64,000 nt of DNA from a virus (taxonomy: Duplodnaviria > Caudoviricetes), in IMG/VR virus record IMGVR_UViG_3300029288_000090, positions 1 to 64,000 of that record. One strand, 5' to 3'. The position numbers were made by a program, and so were the translations under genes. The notes under the pieces are model-generated. The model was not told the DNA's origin, searched no databases, and saw only the letters and a list, made by a program, of their open reading frames with translations. Each line of letters starts with the position of its first letter. The stretch's first letter is position 1. Below are positions 38,299 through 46,646 of the stretch, piece after piece.

Positions 38299-39284
38299 GT
38301 AATTTCTATCAGGGTAAGAAAGTATTGGTAACAGGAGCATCGGGGTTAACTGGAGCTTATGTTGTACAAACGCTTCTTGCAGAAGGATCTTTTGTTAGAG
38401 CTGTAGAGCATGTTACTCCACTTGTTAATAAAGATAACAGCTCAAGGCTTGAGATTTTTAAAGGTGGTCTATGTAATGTTGACAGTTGTCAACAGGCTGT
38501 TAAGGATATAGAATTTGTATTCCATTGTGCAGCTGTTACTTCTGGGGCTTATGATATTGTTAATACTCCAGCAAAACATATCACTCCTAATCTGATTATG
38601 TGCTCTCGATTGTTAGAATGTGCAGCAGCTGAAGGTATTAAACGATTCTTATTTATGAGCAGTAGTACTGTATATCCCAATAGTACTGCGGCTATGAAAG
38701 AAGACGATGCTTGGACTGGAGATGTTCATCCTTCTTATCAAGCAGTAGGATGGATGAAAAGATATGTTGAGAAGATGTGTGAATTCTATAATGATAGAAC
38801 TCCTATGAAAGTCTGTATCGTACGTCCTGCTAATATTTATGGGCCTGGAGATAAATTTGATCTTAAGACCGCTCATGTTCTACCTGCGTTGATTCATAAA
38901 ATAGTTCGTGGAGACAATCCATTGGAAGTCTGGGGAACAGGATATGATATGAGAGAATTTATTTTTGTTCAAGACTTAGTCAATGGACTTCTTTTGGCCA
39001 TGAAACGATACTGTTGTGGCAAGCCTATAAACCTTGGATCTGGAGAATGTGTATCTATATCAGATTCAGTTAGTGCGATTTGTGATATTTGTGGATATAA
39101 AGGGAAGATTGTTTATAATGCTTCCAAGCCTTCTACTATTCCTATTAGAAGACTGGATTCTTCTTTAGCCAGGGCAGTATTAGGTTTTGCTACCAGTACT
39201 GATTTTAGAGAAGGTCTTTACTATACAATTAGTTGGTTCAAAGAGAATTGTAAGGAGCTGTTAACTAATGAAGCTTCAAAGTAA
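38295..39284 (+). CDS. NAD-dependent nucleotide-sugar epimerase/reductase (second GDP-fucose synthase-like)
   Basis: VTGASGLTG, SSSTVYP, RPANIYGPGDKF, HVLPALI, VWGTG...REF; catalytic motif reads VGWMK. Confidence 0.85.
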   Translation: MSNFYQGKKVLVTGASGLTGAYVVQTLLAEGSFVRAVEHVTPLVNKDNSSRLEIFKGGLCNVDSCQQAVKDIEFVFHCAAVTSGAYDIVNTPAKHITPNLIMCSRLLECAAAEGIKRFLFMSSSTVYPNSTAAMKEDDAWTGDVHPSYQAVGWMKRYVEKMCEFYNDRTPMKVCIVRPANIYGPGDKFDLKTAHVLPALIHKIVRGDNPLEVWGTGYDMREFIFVQDLVNGLLLAMKRYCCGKPINLGSGECVSISDSVSAICDICGYKGKIVYNASKPSTIPIRRLDSSLARAVLGFATSTDFREGLYYTISWFKENCKELLTNEASK

Positions 39285-39693
39285 ATTACGTCGTTGGCTT
39301 CCTCATTTTGCTGAGTTAGTAGATAGACTATCTATTCATCAACTCAAAGAGGTGTTTATTCCTGAGCATAAGAAAAAATATGCTTCGGAGATGAAAGATA
39401 TTATGTATGATTTGGACTTACTGATTCAGGATAAAAAGGTCCCTTTGACTGCAGATATTATCCGTTGCATTGTTGTGATCTCACAGATAAATACTCATAT
39501 CTGGTACAATGAAACTAAAGCTCGTAAAGGAGATACCCAGGATATTAAACTTCTTCAGTTGACTCATGGATTGAATGGGATCAGAAATAACGCCCAAAAC
39601 CGACTTTTGGAATTGGTAGGACAATTAGAAAGAAAGGATTATAAAACTGATTGCCTGGCAGCTGAGTTTAAAGACTGGGAGATCAGCCTATGA
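39268..39693 (+). CDS. Helical hypothetical protein of the glycan cluster
   Basis: ELVDRLSI..LK...N..IW..E...R...N..RN pattern; overlaps both neighbours. Confidence 0.55.
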   Translation: MKLQSKLRRWLPHFAELVDRLSIHQLKEVFIPEHKKKYASEMKDIMYDLDLLIQDKKVPLTADIIRCIVVISQINTHIWYNETKARKGDTQDIKLLQLTHGLNGIRNNAQNRLLELVGQLERKDYKTDCLAAEFKDWEISL

Positions 39694-40445
39694 AATTCTC
39701 TCTTCTTGTTTCATCCCGGGGACGTCCAGAGATGCTTCTCCAAATGTGGAGAACAGCGAATGAACATCGTTTTAAGCTTCCACTTCATGAAGGAGATTCC
39801 TTTCTTTCGCCTAAATGTAAACATCCTATTGAGCTTGTTTTATACGTAGATGAGGATGATAAAGATACATTAAATTGTTATTATAGTAAAATAGTAGCTT
39901 TAAATACTACTTTAATTATAGGAAAACGTCCAAGAATTTTAGGGGAAACAACAAACAGATGTGCCAAGGAATCTACTGGAGAAATCTGTATGTTGTGTAC
40001 AGACGATGTTATTTTTCATACGGAAGGATGGGATGAATTAGTTGTTGAACAATTCTTAAATTATAAAGATCGAATAGTTCTTGTTTATGGCGAAGATGGA
40101 ATTCAGCATGGACGAACAGCTACACTTCCTTTTCTTCATATCAATTGGATAAATACTATAGGACGTTTTCTTCCTACCTATTTCATCAGTGAGGTTGGAG
40201 ATAGATGGTTAACTGAAGTTGCTACAAAAATAGGAAGATTATGTTATCTTCCTAATTTATATATTCAACACTTACATCCAGTCCATGGAACTATGCCTTA
40301 TGATTCAACGTATACAGAAAGAAGGTCTATGAGAGCAAAGGAAGGGTCTTCAGCACAGTGGTCTACTCTTTATAATATGTATAATAATGTAAGGCAAGAA
40401 GAGGCAAACAAACTTCTTAATTATATCAATGAATATAAAGGATAA
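39690..40445 (+). CDS. GT-A (GT2-like) glycosyltransferase
   Basis: SLLVSSRGRP, YVDEDD, CTDDVIFHTEGWD, D.WL.EVA..IGR, HLHP. Confidence 0.8.
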   Translation: MKFSLLVSSRGRPEMLLQMWRTANEHRFKLPLHEGDSFLSPKCKHPIELVLYVDEDDKDTLNCYYSKIVALNTTLIIGKRPRILGETTNRCAKESTGEICMLCTDDVIFHTEGWDELVVEQFLNYKDRIVLVYGEDGIQHGRTATLPFLHINWINTIGRFLPTYFISEVGDRWLTEVATKIGRLCYLPNLYIQHLHPVHGTMPYDSTYTERRSMRAKEGSSAQWSTLYNMYNNVRQEEANKLLNYINEYKG

Positions 40446-40447
40446 TT

Positions 40448-41887
40448 ATGGGATACGTTGTTACGCATGCTCGACGAAACCGTGCAGTAGTTCATCGTAA
40501 AAATAGATTGATTACAACTCCTTCTCCTATGAATAATAAAAGTAGAGACATCAGTGAACTTTATAGTCCTAAGATATGGGAAGGAAAGAGATGTTTTCTA
40601 CTTGCAGGGGGAGATAGTTTAAAAAATTTTAATTACTCTTGTTTAGCAGGGGAACTCACTGTAGGTGTTAATAGAACTTTTGAAACGTTTGAACCTACAG
40701 TCAACTATTCTATGGATGTCAGTTTTTGGAATTGGCTTCATGGTTATAAAGCTAGTGAAGAGGAAGGACGAATTCGTCTCCAGAAGTGGCGGGAATATAG
40801 TGGCATAAAACTTTTTCTTGAAAATCCTGGAAAAGATTTTGGAGTTGGAACGTTTTTTATTAAACGTTTATCTGAAAGAGCTTTGAGTTTAAGTATTAAA
40901 AGAGGAATTTATGGAGGAACGAATTCTGGTTTTGGTGCTCTTTCTTTCATCATAGCTATGGGATGTAAGTTAATTTATCTTCTTGGACTGGATCTTAAAG
41001 TCAATGGAACATCTACACACTGGCATGATGGGTATCCTGGCCAGACCGTTGAGAGGACATCCAGAGTCTTGACTAACTTTCAGAAAGTATTTACTGAATT
41101 TGCTCCTTCTATACAAAGATTAGGAGTCACAGTTGTTAATTTGAATCCTGGATCTGCATTGGATTGTTTTTCCAAAGCGGATCCGTCTTCTATCCTATCT
41201 TGTGCTCATACAGTAGTTCCTTCTTCATCAGGATATGCAGAGATGAGTAAAGTTACAGGATTGTATCCTTCTTCTTTTCCTATTATTACTTCTTTCTATA
41301 CAAAGAATTCTGGTTATGAACTAGAGGCCAAGAAGTTAGCCAGATCATTGAAGGATATGAACCTGGATTACGAGATAGTAGGAATAGTAGATAGAAAAAA
41401 CTGGCAACTAAATATTCGGTACAAACCTGTACTGATTAAAAAGATGTTGGAAAGATACTATCCACGTCCAGTTTTATATGTAGATGCGGATGCTATCTTT
41501 CTTAAATTTCCAGAACTTTTGCGGACGTTAGATGCTGATGTTGCTATTCATACTGTAAAATGGAGTGTATACGGAAGAGATCGGGCGGACGAAATGTTAG
41601 GTGGAACTGTCTATTTTAAGAATACTCCCACAGCAAAAGGAATTTTAGATAAATGGGTTCAATTATGTGAGACAACTCCTTTATCAGTTTGGGATCAAAA
41701 AATACTTCAAGGTATTTTAGGAAATAACTATTATAATCTTCCTCCAGAATATTGTACTATTTTTGATAGTATGGGATCGGTGGTCAAGGAGCCAGTTATA
41801 TTGCATACCCAAGCCAGTAGAAGACTAAAGCAATCTGGAAGACATTTACATACAATTACAAGACCTTCCAGGAGGAGAAAAAATTAA
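40448..41887 (+). CDS. Bifunctional protein: Maf/MptE-like domain fused to a nucleotide-diphospho-sugar transferase domain
   Basis: N: LLAGGDSL, VGVN, TNSG...AMGCK.IYLLGLD, THWH; C: YKP..I, LYVDADA DxD, WDQ..LQ, LPPEYC.IFD, HTQASR. Confidence 0.8.
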   Translation: MGYVVTHARRNRAVVHRKNRLITTPSPMNNKSRDISELYSPKIWEGKRCFLLAGGDSLKNFNYSCLAGELTVGVNRTFETFEPTVNYSMDVSFWNWLHGYKASEEEGRIRLQKWREYSGIKLFLENPGKDFGVGTFFIKRLSERALSLSIKRGIYGGTNSGFGALSFIIAMGCKLIYLLGLDLKVNGTSTHWHDGYPGQTVERTSRVLTNFQKVFTEFAPSIQRLGVTVVNLNPGSALDCFSKADPSSILSCAHTVVPSSSGYAEMSKVTGLYPSSFPIITSFYTKNSGYELEAKKLARSLKDMNLDYEIVGIVDRKNWQLNIRYKPVLIKKMLERYYPRPVLYVDADAIFLKFPELLRTLDADVAIHTVKWSVYGRDRADEMLGGTVYFKNTPTAKGILDKWVQLCETTPLSVWDQKILQGILGNNYYNLPPEYCTIFDSMGSVVKEPVILHTQASRRLKQSGRHLHTITRPSRRRKN

Positions 41888-41906
41888 AACATCTCCACCC
41901 TGATGG

Positions 41907-41953
41907 CCCGAGAGAGGTCGTTGCAACCATCCTGCACACCCTCTCGGGTTTTT
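41907..41953 (+). terminator. Intrinsic terminator ending the late/glycan arm
   Basis: CCCGAGAG...CTCTCGGG stem followed by TTTTT. Confidence 0.65.
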
Positions 41954-41956
41954 AAC

Positions 41957-41993
41957 AAAAAACTGCCTGAAAGAAATGTACAATCAGGCAGTT
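41957..41993 (-). terminator. Intrinsic terminator ending the early arm
   Basis: AACTGCCTGA/TCAGGCAGTT 10-bp stem with adjacent A-tract (U-tract on - strand). Confidence 0.7.
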
Positions 41994-42015
41994 ACGAAGA
42001 GGGAACGTAATGAAG

Positions 42016-42546
42016 TCAAATAGAAGACTTTAATAACGATCTTATTTTCATCTCAATACTTCTTCCATGGGAACTTTTAATGTTTAGTTCTTCTCGAATT
42101 CTTTTTCTTAACGTTGTAAGATTTATTTTAAATACTTCAGAGAAAAGTAATCTCGGATCCAAAAGAAACTTTAAATATTCTTTTTCTATTTGTGTAAGTT
42201 GATCGTCTAACATAAACAATGAAACATCATTTTCTTTTGCAGGAAGAGCTTTATGAAGAATAGTTGTGTCGTTACTATCTAAAGTTTCTTGATTTATCGA
42301 TCGATAAGATTTGTATACTATTCCTCCTAATCTCCTCTTTAAACAGAATTTGAAAAATCCTTCAAAGGAACCTATTTCTTTATTATAACGATCTTGGCAT
42401 GACAAAAATACAATAATCCCTTCATTGAAAAGGTCTTGGAAATCATATATGGTTGGTTTTTTAAGTTTTAAGTAGCAAACCGCAGCATGCGCCTTAATGG
42501 TCTCTATCAACTCTTTTGAAGGCATCCGTTCCTTATAAGATTCCAT
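42016..42546 (-). CDS. Phage sigma70-family sigma factor (region 2)
   Basis: DFQDLFNEGIIVF....RYN...GSFEGF....L region 2 pattern; LTQIEKEY region 4-like start. Confidence 0.65.
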   Translation of the reverse strand: MESYKERMPSKELIETIKAHAAVCYLKLKKPTIYDFQDLFNEGIIVFLSCQDRYNKEIGSFEGFFKFCLKRRLGGIVYKSYRSINQETLDSNDTTILHKALPAKENDVSLFMLDDQLTQIEKEYLKFLLDPRLLFSEVFKINLTTLRKRIREELNIKSSHGRSIEMKIRSLLKSSI

Positions 42547-42554
42547 ATCTACTC

Positions 42555-42755
42555 CTAAAGTAAACTTTTTCTAACGAATATTCTTCCTTTGAAATTGACT
42601 GCATCTAATTCTTTCCGTTTAATTCGGTTATAGATTGTAGCAGTTGTTACGCCGTCTGCTTGTGCCTTTTCAAAAGCTGGCATCCATTCAGATTGAGATT
42701 GTGCCATTTCGTATACTGACATCTCTCTAAGTGTTTCTACTAATCTTTGTGTCAT
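42555..42755 (-). CDS. Small HTH DNA-binding protein
   Basis: A...GVTTATIYNRIKRKEL.A....GRIFV excisionase-like HTH; GGAG RBS before ATG 42755. Confidence 0.65.
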   Translation of the reverse strand: MTQRLVETLREMSVYEMAQSQSEWMPAFEKAQADGVTTATIYNRIKRKELDAVNFKGRIFVRKSLL

Positions 42756-42784
42756 GCTATTTGATCTCCGTATCAAAGAATACA

Positions 42785-42813
42785 AGTATATATGCAAGGC
42801 AGAAGAGCATCAA
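42785..42813 (-). promoter_or_regulatory. Sigma70-type promoter
   Basis: TTGATG-17 nt-TATACT on - strand, upstream of the HTH and sigma genes. Confidence 0.65.
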
Positions 42814-42944
42814 GTAAAATTTTATAAAAATTAAACTTTATCCTACATTCTTTTTACTCTTTATGTGATGGAGGAAAATACATCCCATGATGACTTTGAA
42901 GCCTTGTAAAAGTTAGGAATGGGTTTAATCACAAGCAAACAAAC

Positions 42945-43184
42945 CTATATCTTTGGGAGTTCATTCATACTAACCATATTGAATGTATTGTTGGAGAAGT
43001 CTAGGGCTATTGCCATAGGAATATAAACAAGGTTAGAAGAGTTGATCTTATTCTTCAACCCTGGTTTCCATCCTGGCTTTCTCTTTTTGACGTACTTGGG
43101 ACAGTGAGCTGTATGAGCAGCTACGGCAACGGGTGTTTTGAATCCGCCCTTACCACACCACTTACATTTGTACGTTTTTGTCAT
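42945..43184 (-). CDS. Small zinc-finger protein
   Basis: YKCKWCGK..F......H..HC. Confidence 0.6.
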   Translation of the reverse strand: MTKTYKCKWCGKGGFKTPVAVAAHTAHCPKYVKKRKPGWKPGLKNKINSSNLVYIPMAIALDFSNNTFNMVSMNELPKI

Positions 43185-43516
43185 TTTCGTTCTCCTTCCA
43201 AGATTCTAAAATACGACGTTCACAGGACGTCCATTTATCAAGTTTAAGAAGATTGTCAAGAAGTGGTGCAACAGTTTCTTCGATAGATTGATAGCATCCG
43301 TTTAATGGGATCCCAATTCTTCCTTGCCGCTTCTGTTGGAAGTATTTTTCCTATCGTTTGAAATGGAGGTTCATAAACGAAAGACCAGTATGGAGATTTA
43401 GCTTTACATCCTTTTCCAAAGCTACATCCTTCTCCGAAGCTACTATTTGCTGGAAATACTTTTCTTACGTATTTATCAAAAACTTCCCAATTATCAATTT
43501 GTTTTTGCGTAATCAT
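43162..43516 (-). pseudogene. Apparently frameshifted gene with SFGEGC repeats
   Basis: After ..TEAARK the +1 frame reads GIPLNGCYQSIEETVAPLLDNLLKLDKW... to TAA 43162, filling the gap to the next gene. Confidence 0.4.
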
Positions 43517-43524
43517 TTTTTTCC

Positions 43525-43770
43525 TTAAAATTCTAATGGACCTGTTTCATATTTTCTTCGTATTTGAAAATGTTTACAACCAAAACATCTGGTTATATAT
43601 GTTGTTTTTCTTTTACGAACAGAATTAGGATTGATACAAAATCCTTCATCTATAGTATTATCAGAAAAGTAAGACCATGTACAGTCTTTACAATCTCCTT
43701 TTTTTCTCAATAAGATTTTTTTGATTTGAGTCTTTAACTTATAATACCACTTACATTTGCACGGTTTCAT
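43525..43770 (-). CDS. Cys-rich hypothetical protein
   Basis: CKDC...C...C..CKHF; overlaps upstream gene. Confidence 0.5.
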   Translation of the reverse strand: MKPCKCKWYYKLKTQIKKILLRKKGDCKDCTWSYFSDNTIDEGFCINPNSVRKRKTTYITRCFGCKHFQIRRKYETGPLEF

Positions 43771-44188
43771 CTTTTATTCCTAACAACCAATTTCTATTGG
43801 CTTCTAGTAGTGACTTCGCTTTCTCTATTTCTATAACAACTCCTCCCATTGTTCTTGCCTCCTTTTTGGCTTTCTTTTCGTTGTCAAACTGTAGCCATCC
43901 TATCCCTTCTTTGCATAAAACTTTTGTTTTAGAGACGTTCATAATTACGAATCTTGTTCCTACTAGTTCTCTAATTATCGGACTTTGGACTATCTGCTGT
44001 TTAGCCAGTGCCATGCATCTCTCGCAGTATTGTTCGTTGAGATGTCCTTTAACTCCCCACGCATCAAAACTAAGATAAGTATGCATAACCTTAGCTCCGC
44101 ATAGAGCTACGATAGGATTTTCTTTCTTACTGATATGGTAATGCCAAACCCCTGCAATTCCTTCTGTGATAACAAATAACTTATCCAT
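43751..44188 (-). CDS. Hypothetical protein
   Basis: GGAGG RBS; WHYH, ALCG, CERC. Confidence 0.6.
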   Translation of the reverse strand: MDKLFVITEGIAGVWHYHISKKENPIVALCGAKVMHTYLSFDAWGVKGHLNEQYCERCMALAKQQIVQSPIIRELVGTRFVIMNVSKTKVLCKEGIGWLQFDNEKKAKKEARTMGGVVIEIEKAKSLLEANRNWLLGIKDETVQM

Positions 44189-44212
44189 TCTTATCCTCCA
44201 TAAAGTACATTT

Positions 44213-44425
44213 TTACTTTTTTAGAATTTTTATTTGGTGAGCTAGAAGTTCAATCGCTCTGGAAAATACTGATATTAAAAAAGCACAATCACTTATAGAT
44301 AGATTCATTTCAGATAGATTAAGAGTTAAAGTTTCTACTTCCTTCGTATTTATCAACTTCGTGATTGTCATGTTCTTTCCATTGCAACCCTCTGTGTATA
44401 CAAAGGAATGTTTTTTTGTTTTCAT
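44213..44425 (-). CDS. Hypothetical protein
   Basis: AGGAG RBS, co-oriented. Confidence 0.5.
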   Translation of the reverse strand: MKTKKHSFVYTEGCNGKNMTITKLINTKEVETLTLNLSEMNLSISDCAFLISVFSRAIELLAHQIKILKK

Positions 44426-44448
44426 CTTAAAAGCTCCTATTCAAATAC

Positions 44449-44484
44449 GGCAGGATGAATAAACTGCTGCTTATCCACCCTGCC
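44449..44484 (-). terminator. 16-bp RNA hairpin (terminator or processing/stability element)
   Basis: GGCAGGGUGGAUAAGC-AGCA-GUUUAUUCAUCCUGCC; fully paired only on the - strand, via G-U pairs. Confidence 0.55.
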
Positions 44485-44503
44485 TGAGGGAGGAGAAAAG
44501 AGT

Positions 44504-44731
44504 TTACTTTTTACCCTTCTCCCTTTTGATAGCACCTAAAATCGCTTTGGCCCGAGCTATTGAGTACTCCTTGTCTTTGCCTTCATTCTCATAGGTCGCG
44601 GCAAGATCTTTCAGAATTGCTTCTGAATCTTTCTTCTGGGCCAACAGGTCTCTGCACAATTGTTTTCGGTTCATTCGTTTTTCATCCTTGACCGTTTTCT
44701 TGGCTCCGCCTTTTTTGGTTTTTGTTGCCAT
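44504..44731 (-). CDS. Small Lys-rich protein
   Basis: Likely start MATKTKK at 44731 after GAGG; ORF track extends it upstream. Confidence 0.55.
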   Translation of the reverse strand: MATKTKKGGAKKTVKDEKRMNRKQLCRDLLAQKKDSEAILKDLAATYENEGKDKEYSIARAKAILGAIKREKGKK

Positions 44732-44801
44732 GTTTTCACGTTCCTCTATTTCATAGATACGTTTTAACCCTTCAACAATATCAGGGTTTTGTCTGTATTC
44801 C

Positions 44802-45257
44802 TCAAGAATTTTTCCTCTCATGATACGTTGCTGAAAATTCTGTAGAATGTTTGTTATTCTGACAATCTTGATGATGCTTGACTTCATGGGCTACTACACA
44901 TACGAAGACTTCTTGCCATGTAGTATATGTAAAGGGAGGGACTCTATGTCTATTTAATGTAATAGGAAGATACCTTTGTAATCTTTCTAAAGTATCTAAA
45001 CTTACTCGAAGTACTCGTTTTTTATCCTGAGTTGCTTTACATTGAACGTAACCCTTTTTTACAACAATTTTTTGTTTTTCAAAATCAAGATCTTCTGGAA
45101 AACTAAACCATCCAAAATAACACTTTCCACTAAATTGTCTTTTGGCTTTTGTAACTTTGATAACTATATCATTACTATGCATGCCTTTGCTGGCAAATTG
45201 GGCTAGAACTTCTAGCTCCAAGGTTGGATACTTTGTTTTGTTTATAACTAATCTCAT
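44802..45257 (-). CDS. Putative zincin-like metallopeptidase-motif protein
   Basis: VVAHEVKH HExxH motif near the C-terminus. Confidence 0.45.
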   Translation of the reverse strand: MRLVINKTKYPTLELEVLAQFASKGMHSNDIVIKVTKAKRQFSGKCYFGWFSFPEDLDFEKQKIVVKKGYVQCKATQDKKRVLRVSLDTLERLQRYLPITLNRHRVPPFTYTTWQEVFVCVVAHEVKHHQDCQNNKHSTEFSATYHERKNS

Positions 45258-45279
45258 CTTCTTCTCTTTTCTCTTCTTC

Positions 45280-45319
45280 AAAAATGCCCCGCCCGGCCGG
45301 TTGTAGTACCGAACGGGGC
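45280..45319 (-). terminator. Intrinsic terminator downstream of DUF932 gene
   Basis: GCCCCG...CGGGGC stem followed by ATTTTT on - strand. Confidence 0.6.
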
Positions 45320-45334
45320 TTCTTCTTGGAGAAC

Positions 45335-46342
45335 TTATGCGGTCAACAATTCATATGCTTTCTCACGTAACTCTCTCCCACCTTTATACAGAATGGTATC
45401 AAATCGAATATCCGCTTCTTCTTTGCCTTCTTTGACTCGCGTAGGTCTGTTATGATCCACGAAGGTCGTAATAGCGTTGAAAGCCGCCCACTTTGTGTTT
45501 CGAACATCCTTTGTGGTAGGATCTTCAGTGAAGATCTTGACCAACGAATCTCGGGTCTTTTGACGGCGCTTGGACTCTTTCTCCTTGCCTTCCTTATCTA
45601 CAGAATTTGGAAGCAGATCCAAGGTGAATTTTTCGAAATCGGACTGAGAGAACTGTTGATCTAACATCTGGTTGAACTGTTCACCCATATATTTGTAGTA
45701 GTAATCAGCCAACTTCAACGCTTCTCGACATTCAGCAACACGATCTTTGAAGTTGCCAGTATGTTTGATCCGGAACGTATCTTGGATCTGCTTCTTTTTT
45801 CCGGCTTGGACTTGGACATTAAGTGCCATACTCAGCGTATTATTGCACACGACTCGGACCGGAGTAAACTTGACATGTACCGCCATTGTGCCGTCGTGCC
45901 CAGCTGCCAGAAACAGATATTTGTTTACTGCATCCTGGCCCACCATCATATCTTCATTAAGCTTGATAGTAATAAAAATTCGACGACCTTGGAATAAAGA
46001 ACCGGCCGTGTGGTACACTGCTTGCCCTTCTCCGATCACCTCGTCAAGGAAGTTGAAGCAATCCACATTCTGGATGATGTTGTAATTTGGACCAACTACC
46101 CCAAGAACGGATTCGTCTGTTTTCCGAATAACGGCTTGCTTTTCGGGAACCTGATTACCAATAACCGGAATCCCATCAACTACATTTTTCCCTTTCAGAA
46201 AAATGGGCTGAAGTTCACTTTCCCAATCTAGGCCTGCAAATACAATTGCATCTTTTGCAGTTTTTTCGGTACCAACCGCTTTTCCTAATCCATGCCAGGG
46301 CACCTCACCGGCATACATCATGGTCTCTACTTCGTGTGACAT
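45335..46342 (-). CDS. DUF932 / TIGR03299 phage-plasmid protein
   Basis: MSHEVETM..AGEVPWHGLG, AGLDW, LGVVG..Y..IQN, TAGSL..GR, HDG, TPVRVVCNNTL, IKHT, T.WAAFNAIT...DH. Confidence 0.9.
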   Translation of the reverse strand: MSHEVETMMYAGEVPWHGLGKAVGTEKTAKDAIVFAGLDWESELQPIFLKGKNVVDGIPVIGNQVPEKQAVIRKTDESVLGVVGPNYNIIQNVDCFNFLDEVIGEGQAVYHTAGSLFQGRRIFITIKLNEDMMVGQDAVNKYLFLAAGHDGTMAVHVKFTPVRVVCNNTLSMALNVQVQAGKKKQIQDTFRIKHTGNFKDRVAECREALKLADYYYKYMGEQFNQMLDQQFSQSDFEKFTLDLLPNSVDKEGKEKESKRRQKTRDSLVKIFTEDPTTKDVRNTKWAAFNAITTFVDHNRPTRVKEGKEEADIRFDTILYKGGRELREKAYELLTA

Positions 46343-46364
46343 CTTCTTTTTCTCCTTCAAAATA

Positions 46365-46544
46365 TTAACCAAGAAATGTAAGAAGAGACAACTCTGTTTC
46401 TCTAACACATTTCTTTACTGTAGCATTTGTTGGATCTAAACCTAACTCGACTAACATCTCATTTACTTCCGTATTAAAATCATCATTGCAGAACAGACGG
46501 TCACCTAATACTTCTTTAATAGCAGCTTTAACATCTTTTTCCAT
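46365..46544 (-). CDS. Small acidic protein, 59 aa (not in ORF track)
   Basis: GAGGAAAAGAAGATG start, MEKDVKAAIKEVLGD..., TAA 46365; first gene after promoter. Confidence 0.55.
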   Translation of the reverse strand: MEKDVKAAIKEVLGDRLFCNDDFNTEVNEMLVELGLDPTNATVKKCVRETELSLLTFLG

Positions 46545-46617
46545 CTTCTTTTCCTCTGTTTAAAAACTATTAACTTTTTCATTGTCTAGAACATCTAAAC
46601 TCTTATCCTATAAATGC

Positions 46618-46646
46618 ATTATAAGTTATAGTTTTATAAAACTCAA
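46618..46646 (-). promoter_or_regulatory. Sigma70-type early promoter
   Basis: TTGAGT-17 nt-TATAAT; identical copy at 57334-57362. Confidence 0.85.

Noticed and set aside
22330-41887. Host O-antigen locus (contig chimera or prophage flank)
   Set aside because: No wzx/wzy/ABC export or housekeeping genes; same composition and TAATTATG/ATGA gene junctions as the phage structural genes; phage genes on both sides. Read mapping is still needed to exclude this fully.
41895-41940. Resemblance to SAM-I riboswitch (TGGCCCGA...GCAACC) or hammerhead (CTGATG)
   Set aside because: Lacks the other conserved cores (AUC..GAG/GAGGGA, GGUGC; GAAA) and sits downstream of convergent genes; explained as a terminator.
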